The notes under the pieces were generated by a model. The model was not told the DNA's origin. It saw nothing but the letters and a program-made list of their open reading frames with translations, and searched no databases. Of a stretch of 51,175 bases of DNA, positions 45,963-51,175 are shown one piece after another (the stretch's first letter is position 1; each line of letters opens with the position of its first letter). The stretch comes from a virus (Duplodnaviria; Caudoviricetes): positions 1 to 51,175 of the IMG/VR virus record IMGVR_UViG_3300020463_000032, one strand, 5' to 3'. A program made the translations under genes and the position numbers.

Positions 45963-48140
45963 CTACGATACTTCAGGTAAAACTGTCATGCTCCAGTTAA
46001 TATTGCTGAATTGTACTTGATCTACATTGTTCCCACTCACGGAACCTATCTTTTGGTGGAAAGTTCCTACTAACTTACTTGGATCATTGCTTGGAGGGTC
46101 ACTAAATGTAGGATTAGTCCTAGATAACTTTTTAAACGTAGGCCTAGAGTCATCATCATCTTGGTTTAAAGCACCAAAAGAAATATCTGCGGGTGCTCCT
46201 GCTCCTGCCGCAACACGCTCTATGCTTCCTACAATAGTCTGTACGACTGCTGCGGGATTAATAGTTATTACCCATTTTACATAAAAATCTCCACTAGAAT
46301 GAGGGCTCTCATGAAAACGAAATATTGAATCTGTCCCATCCTCAAACTGAATGGCCTTATTAAATGTGTCTGTGAAATTTGTATCCACACCTAACGGGGC
46401 TTGATCTTGTCCTGTTACAGCTACAAACTTATGTGTTTGTGAGTTTGTGTTCTCTAAAGCAGGGACTTTATGTTTATGATTTAAGCCTGATGAAGATGAA
46501 GATGAACCTCCTGAAACTGAAATAGTAAAAGGAGGAAGAGCTGCTGAAGACCCGACTCTTACATCTCCTGTTGTACCTGTACATTTTTTCTCAGCATTGT
46601 TATTGTCATTGTTATTGTAGTCTTTAACACTTCCTGTTTCACCTGTTATATGTTTTTCTTTTAAACCAGTATCAGAATCAACAGTATCATAATCTGTAAC
46701 CTCTGTCGTGTCTCCTGTAACAAGACTAAAAGGAGATGCGCCAACTATTCCTCCAGTATTACCCTGAACTATTTCAGGATTTCCTGTTTCCTCAAAACCA
46801 ACAATACTTCCTGTTTCACCTGTTATATGTTTTTCTTTTAAACCAGTATCAGAATCAACAGTATCATAATCTGTAACTTCTTTAGTGTCTCCTACTGTTA
46901 TATCATTTCCTGTTTTCTCAGCAGCCGTTAGGCTAATTGGGTGCGTGTGAGAAGATTCAAGTGGTAAAGTACCACTAATTTGTTGATCTGGAAATGAAGT
47001 ACCTATCCCTCCTGTATTTCCTGTTATGTCTTCAGGAGCTAAATTACCTGAATCATCGACTCCAAAATCATCTACGTCACCTGTGCTTCCTCCTCCACCT
47101 GAACCCGTGTTTCCTCCTAAGTCATGGGTATGACTGGAATCTGATCCTCCATAAGATCCTCCGCTTGAACTCCCACTTCCACTTGTTGGGCCTCCTGTTG
47201 TGATGTTAGTAAGCGGGTGCGTGTGGGCGGTTAACGAGTGCGTATGGTGTCGTAACTTTAGTTGTTGACCCGCAGCGGCAGTACCAGTACCACTTTCTTC
47301 TCCACTTTTATGGTAGTGATCCTCCATAGGAACAGACAAAGTAGAGAGTGAATGTGTATGTGGAGAACCACTTGCTGTATGACCTGCAACGACATGCGAA
47401 TGATCATCTTTGTTGTACTGATGCTTATGGTTAGGCATAACCAAACCGTCTTCAGATGAATCTCTAGGAAGGTGCTTATGTTGCTTTATTGTTAGCTTTT
47501 GATCAGTTCCTGAAACAGTGCCTTGGCTGGAATGAATATGCTCTGCAACTGTAGCTTTTAAATTAGAACCCGCAGCGTGTTTATGGTTTGGCATAACCAA
47601 ACCGTCTTCAGATGAATCTCTAGGAAGGTGCTTATGTTGTGGTATAAAAACTGCCCCACCATCTACATCGTGTTGATGCTGTGGCATTTGGGCTGTTACA
47701 TCTGAGAAAGTTATGCTGTGATTACCAAGAGGGGCGGTCGAGGTCTCAGGCCCTGCTGGGGGGTCAGCAGTACTATAAGATTGATCACGAGTAGTTATAC
47801 TTATAAGAGCTAACTTAAATGTATCTATCCGTGCATACACATCACCCTCATATATCCTAACCCTTGTAGAGTTATCATCAGGATTAATAAATTTTTGTAT
47901 TTTAAATGGATGTATAAACGGAGCCCCCGTACCACCACTACCACCATCTGAACTTGTCCTACCTGATGTAGAAACATTTCCTGTAGCCCCTACACCATAA
48001 TCAACATCAGGTTGTGGGGGTTCATAATCACCCCTTGGATTTTTAGAAGTAAAATCTATAGATGGGTCTTGAGGAGAAGTGTATTCCTGAGAACCTCTCG
48101 CTCCTGTATCTGGATAATCACTGAACTCATCAACTGCCAT
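45963..48140 (-). CDS. Tail fibre/needle-like protein with many HxH motifs
   Basis: More than ten HxH motifs followed by TGxTG repeats, as in metal-stapled trimeric fibres such as T4 gp37/gp12. Confidence 0.75.
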   Translation of the reverse strand: MAVDEFSDYPDTGARGSQEYTSPQDPSIDFTSKNPRGDYEPPQPDVDYGVGATGNVSTSGRTSSDGGSGGTGAPFIHPFKIQKFINPDDNSTRVRIYEGDVYARIDTFKLALISITTRDQSYSTADPPAGPETSTAPLGNHSITFSDVTAQMPQHQHDVDGGAVFIPQHKHLPRDSSEDGLVMPNHKHAAGSNLKATVAEHIHSSQGTVSGTDQKLTIKQHKHLPRDSSEDGLVMPNHKHQYNKDDHSHVVAGHTASGSPHTHSLSTLSVPMEDHYHKSGEESGTGTAAAGQQLKLRHHTHSLTAHTHPLTNITTGGPTSGSGSSSGGSYGGSDSSHTHDLGGNTGSGGGGSTGDVDDFGVDDSGNLAPEDITGNTGGIGTSFPDQQISGTLPLESSHTHPISLTAAEKTGNDITVGDTKEVTDYDTVDSDTGLKEKHITGETGSIVGFEETGNPEIVQGNTGGIVGASPFSLVTGDTTEVTDYDTVDSDTGLKEKHITGETGSVKDYNNNDNNNAEKKCTGTTGDVRVGSSAALPPFTISVSGGSSSSSSGLNHKHKVPALENTNSQTHKFVAVTGQDQAPLGVDTNFTDTFNKAIQFEDGTDSIFRFHESPHSSGDFYVKWVITINPAAVVQTIVGSIERVAAGAGAPADISFGALNQDDDDSRPTFKKLSRTNPTFSDPPSNDPSKLVGTFHQKIGSVSGNNVDQVQFSNINWSMTVLPEVS
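46629..46877. repeat. 72-nt exact direct repeat (46629-46700, 46806-46877)
   Basis: Encodes VTDYDTVDSDTGLKEKHITGETGS twice. Confidence 0.95.
47434..47639. repeat. 50-nt exact direct repeat (47434-47483, 47590-47639)
   Basis: Encodes QHKHLPRDSSEDGLVMP twice. Confidence 0.95.
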
Positions 48141-49498
48141 TAATCACCTACTTCTGGAATAAATGCTTTTATCTTTTCTCTGAGATATCCTCCTCTAAAA
48201 GGTCTTTGAGAATCCTGTATAACTAAATCAGGAGGCCAGTCCGTGTAATTAGTAGCTTCATAAGTCCAAGTCGTACCCTTATAAGTATAAATAGGATGGT
48301 TTGATCCTGTGCTAGCTACAATACGAAATCTTTTGTGGAGGGTAGGAGGTACACTAACACTAGCAATAGGAGACTGGAATAAAATTGGTTCAGGGTGCAG
48401 TGGCTTTACTAAAGCTAGTTCCGTGTTTGATCCAGTAGCCGATGATCCTATAGTCCAAGGAGTATCTTTCCAATAAATTGTTACTTCAACCCTAGTTGGC
48501 CCAGAATATGCACCCCGCTTGTATATAGGATATTCAACAGGATCAGCACCTCCATCACGCCTAGTCCAGCGATCAACGACAATGCCAGAAAGGACAGGGG
48601 GCCAAGAAAAGTTTTGGTATGTAATGTAGGTATCAACGATGTTGTTTGCATCTGTTTTAATTAATTCACGTTCAGCTACAGCATACCAATTGTCTGATAT
48701 CTGTCTGCCTTCACAAAGGATTCCAAACTTATCTAAATCACTCCCAATTTGTATTATCTTAGTGCCAAAAAAAGGAATAGACCCAGTAACAGTAGCTGCT
48801 TTACCCAAAGCAAATGTCTCAGCCGTATTTTTAGAAGGGCTCATCGCTATTGCATTATCAGTAGCTCCAAAAATTGTTGTTTTAGTCGGGATCTCCCCTT
48901 TATAAAAAATTGTTTCTTTAGAACGTAAAGGCTCGTCAAAAGTTTCATCAATATCAACTCTACGAATAGGTACTTTTTTAACGTAAGTCCTTTGCTCTAC
49001 AACATATAAAGAGTCTAACGTTTCATCGCCTGACCGAACCTGCTTCTTTTCAAATAGAACATACGCAGTATCAAAACCAACGGCATTAGTTGTAAAAGGA
49101 TCTGACTCCCTTGAAGGCATTTGACTACTTATGGCAGGGCTTTCCTCATTATAAGAGCTCCGCAGAATTACATAAGTTTTTACAACACTATCATAACGAG
49201 AAGAACCTACTCCAGCAGCTTGGAACTCCCAGTTATACTCATCTTGGTCTACTCTATCTTTTACATAATACCATAATTGAAATTGACCTTGATCAGTATC
49301 TTCATTTTTAATTAGACCTAATTTAAAATTTGGAAAGTTAGCTGTGTCAGGATGTGCTGTTCCATAAGCAGTATCATCCGCAGAGGCAGCAGATCGTAAA
49401 TTTTTACTAGCGTCTTTCCTCTCGACAACTACAAGATCTGCAACCTTTGGGGTTGAGAAATCAATTATACGTTGCCTTCTTGTAGAAGAAATAGCCAT
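48140..49498 (-). CDS. Putative virion structural protein
   Basis: 452 aa, beta-rich, coupled to the fibre gene. Confidence 0.65.
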   Translation of the reverse strand: MAISSTRRQRIIDFSTPKVADLVVVERKDASKNLRSAASADDTAYGTAHPDTANFPNFKLGLIKNEDTDQGQFQLWYYVKDRVDQDEYNWEFQAAGVGSSRYDSVVKTYVILRSSYNEESPAISSQMPSRESDPFTTNAVGFDTAYVLFEKKQVRSGDETLDSLYVVEQRTYVKKVPIRRVDIDETFDEPLRSKETIFYKGEIPTKTTIFGATDNAIAMSPSKNTAETFALGKAATVTGSIPFFGTKIIQIGSDLDKFGILCEGRQISDNWYAVAERELIKTDANNIVDTYITYQNFSWPPVLSGIVVDRWTRRDGGADPVEYPIYKRGAYSGPTRVEVTIYWKDTPWTIGSSATGSNTELALVKPLHPEPILFQSPIASVSVPPTLHKRFRIVASTGSNHPIYTYKGTTWTYEATNYTDWPPDLVIQDSQRPFRGGYLREKIKAFIPEVGD

Positions 49499-49501
49499 TT
49501 A

Positions 49502-50044
49502 TTATGTCTTACCTAAGAAAATTACTTTTACTTTGTCTCCTACTACAGAAAAATCGAAGGTAATCGTACCAGTAGCGGATTCCCATCGAGGTATAAATAA
49601 AGCTGAACGAGGTACTCTTACCCCAGAAGTAGTTCCTACAGAAGAATTTAAAGTTATAGAACCAAATTGAGCGGGCCCTGCTATAGTTACGATCCCTGTG
49701 TTAGCAGCTTCAGTTTCATAATATATAGCTACAACTCTATCATCCCCCTGAGCGTTGGGAACATGAACTGCATCTCCGTTAGCATCCCTTATAGTAGCAC
49801 CCATTGGCTGACTTACATAAGCATCTGTGCCTGAACCTGTATCCGATAATTGATTAGTTCCTAAGTTCCAACTTATTTGATTATCAGCATGCCCTGCCCT
49901 AATAACAAACTCATACAAATAATCAGCATCTTCAGCCGTAATATCTAAGTTGTTAGTACCTCCTACAGGTATATTACCTTTTATACCTGTTGAGGTTAAG
50001 TTAGCAGATAACTGCTGAAGTATTGTTAAGTTGGTTAGGGCCAT
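49502..50044 (-). CDS. Putative structural protein
   Basis: 180 aa, Gly/Thr/Val beta-rich. Confidence 0.65.
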   Translation of the reverse strand: MALTNLTILQQLSANLTSTGIKGNIPVGGTNNLDITAEDADYLYEFVIRAGHADNQISWNLGTNQLSDTGSGTDAYVSQPMGATIRDANGDAVHVPNAQGDDRVVAIYYETEAANTGIVTIAGPAQFGSITLNSSVGTTSGVRVPRSALFIPRWESATGTITFDFSVVGDKVKVIFLGKT

Positions 50045-50424
50045 TATGCAATCGCGGCTGGATTATTAGGGTCGTCTCTGTAGACGCGAATAGCAAACTC
50101 AGTCATCGACATCTCTCCTGACTTTAACTGCTCAACAGCATCAGGGTCATTCGAAAGAATCTCTTCTATCTGAGCTAACCTTTGTTGGTCCATAGGAGAA
50201 GCAGGATCATAAGATCCACCATAAACGATTTCGTATAATTGCATCATCATACCTTCGTCTGGACCCATCATAGGTGTAGCCTCCTCGGTCTGCATTTCTA
50301 AAGCTTCGTCCACATTAGAAGCGGTTTCAGGAGCGTCTTCTTGAGGAAGAGCCTCCATCAATTTGTCAATCATGTTGGAAGGATTTTGCTCTGCCATTGC
50401 TTCGGGTTGTTTTTGTTTAGCCAT
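50044..50424 (-). CDS. Acidic Met-rich hypothetical protein
   Basis: 126 aa, TAATG-coupled. Confidence 0.75.
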   Translation of the reverse strand: MAKQKQPEAMAEQNPSNMIDKLMEALPQEDAPETASNVDEALEMQTEEATPMMGPDEGMMMQLYEIVYGGSYDPASPMDQQRLAQIEEILSNDPDAVEQLKSGEMSMTEFAIRVYRDDPNNPAAIA

Positions 50425-50454
50425 AATTTATTTAGTGTAAAAGATTATAAATAA

Positions 50455-50497
50455 ATAACCCCGATCCCCTCCTTTTGCAAGAGGATCGGGGATTATT
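50455..50497 (-). terminator. Probable intrinsic terminator
   Basis: CCCCGATCCTCT...GGATCGGGG stem followed on the - strand by TTATTTATTT. Confidence 0.7.
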
Positions 50498-50517
50498 GTG
50501 ATTTGCTATGTTACTGA

Positions 50518-51117
50518 TTAAAGCAAGTGCAACGGAGTTACGCAGTCCTTGTAGTCCGCAAGATCGTAGATATCTGCGAGGACCACAAGCTGACCTGCGG
50601 TCATGTCGTCGACGGTTACTCCCGTACCCGAAACAGTAAGTAAAACTGTGATTGACTCATTAGCAGGGTCGTCGATAGCAGGATTAGCAATGTCACCAGC
50701 CAAACCAGCACCTGTATTATCTTCCTGATTGTAGAGAGTGGTTCGCATATCAATCGCATCAATCAGGTTGTCAGTGCCAGAATCGCCACTCTCCCCAATA
50801 TCTATGTGGAAACCAGTAGCGGTTTCTCCTGCCGCTGGGAGCCACAACTCTGTTACAACAGCCCTTATTTTTGTTAACCTCTCAGTAGAAGTGAAAGTAT
50901 GAATGTTAAAAGAAGCCGTTGTTCCAGAACCACTCGTGAAGTTTGAGTTGTCGTGGTTAATAACCCACGCATGGGTGAACCCTTGAGCGATAAGCCCAAG
51001 AGGAAACTGCTCGACTCGACTTGAACCAGAGGAGCTTTTATCAACAACCGCAACAGGGTCGTTGATAGCTACTTTGGCGTTTGTCTGGAGTGTTGTTATA
51101 TCATCTAAAGTTGGCAT
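50518..51117 (-). CDS. Putative capsid decoration/structural protein
   Basis: 199 aa, acidic beta-rich, flanked by hairpins; function is inferred. Confidence 0.55.
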   Translation of the reverse strand: MPTLDDITTLQTNAKVAINDPVAVVDKSSSGSSRVEQFPLGLIAQGFTHAWVINHDNSNFTSGSGTTASFNIHTFTSTERLTKIRAVVTELWLPAAGETATGFHIDIGESGDSGTDNLIDAIDMRTTLYNQEDNTGAGLAGDIANPAIDDPANESITVLLTVSGTGVTVDDMTAGQLVVLADIYDLADYKDCVTPLHLL

Positions 51118-51145
51118 AATTTTTAAAAGTTAAAATTAATATTTT

Positions 51146-51173
51146 GTGGGGTTCCCTTTTACAGGAACCCCAC
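51146..51173. other. Intergenic hairpin
   Basis: GTGGGGTTCC/GGAACCCCAC 10-bp stem at the window end. Confidence 0.7.
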
Positions 51174-51175
51174 TT

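Noticed and set aside
46629-47639. Fibre-gene direct repeats as DGR template/variable repeats
   Set aside because: Copies are identical rather than adenine-mutated, and no reverse transcriptase is present.

Overview
Partial genome (about 51 kb) of a tailed dsDNA phage, probably podovirus-like; no major capsid or portal gene is recognisable in the window. Layout: (1) + strand early region, 1-10.6 kb, opening with a hairpin-rich ~430-nt non-coding stretch, then three type II hammerhead ribozymes that each precede a small ORF, then an AAA ATPase / unknown / metallopeptidase-vWA trio, many small ORFs and a DnaA domain IV-like gene; (2) - strand 5107-aa modular polyvalent protein, two probable internal virion proteins and the terminase large subunit; (3) + strand replication block (RuvC-like, SF2 helicase, Cas4-like nuclease, PolA, primase-helicase); (4) - strand lysis and tail genes. 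The most striking signal is an RNA-level control layer: the ribozymes would cut the first transcript into a free structured RNA and single-ORF RNAs that could circularise, early genes lack Shine-Dalgarno sites but share a TAACTTAAC leader motif, and a separately promoted and terminated ~90-nt RNA at 10.5 kb carries the tandem reverse complement of that motif. All protein calls come from motif reading by eye, with no database searches. A PVC-group host is only a weak inference.
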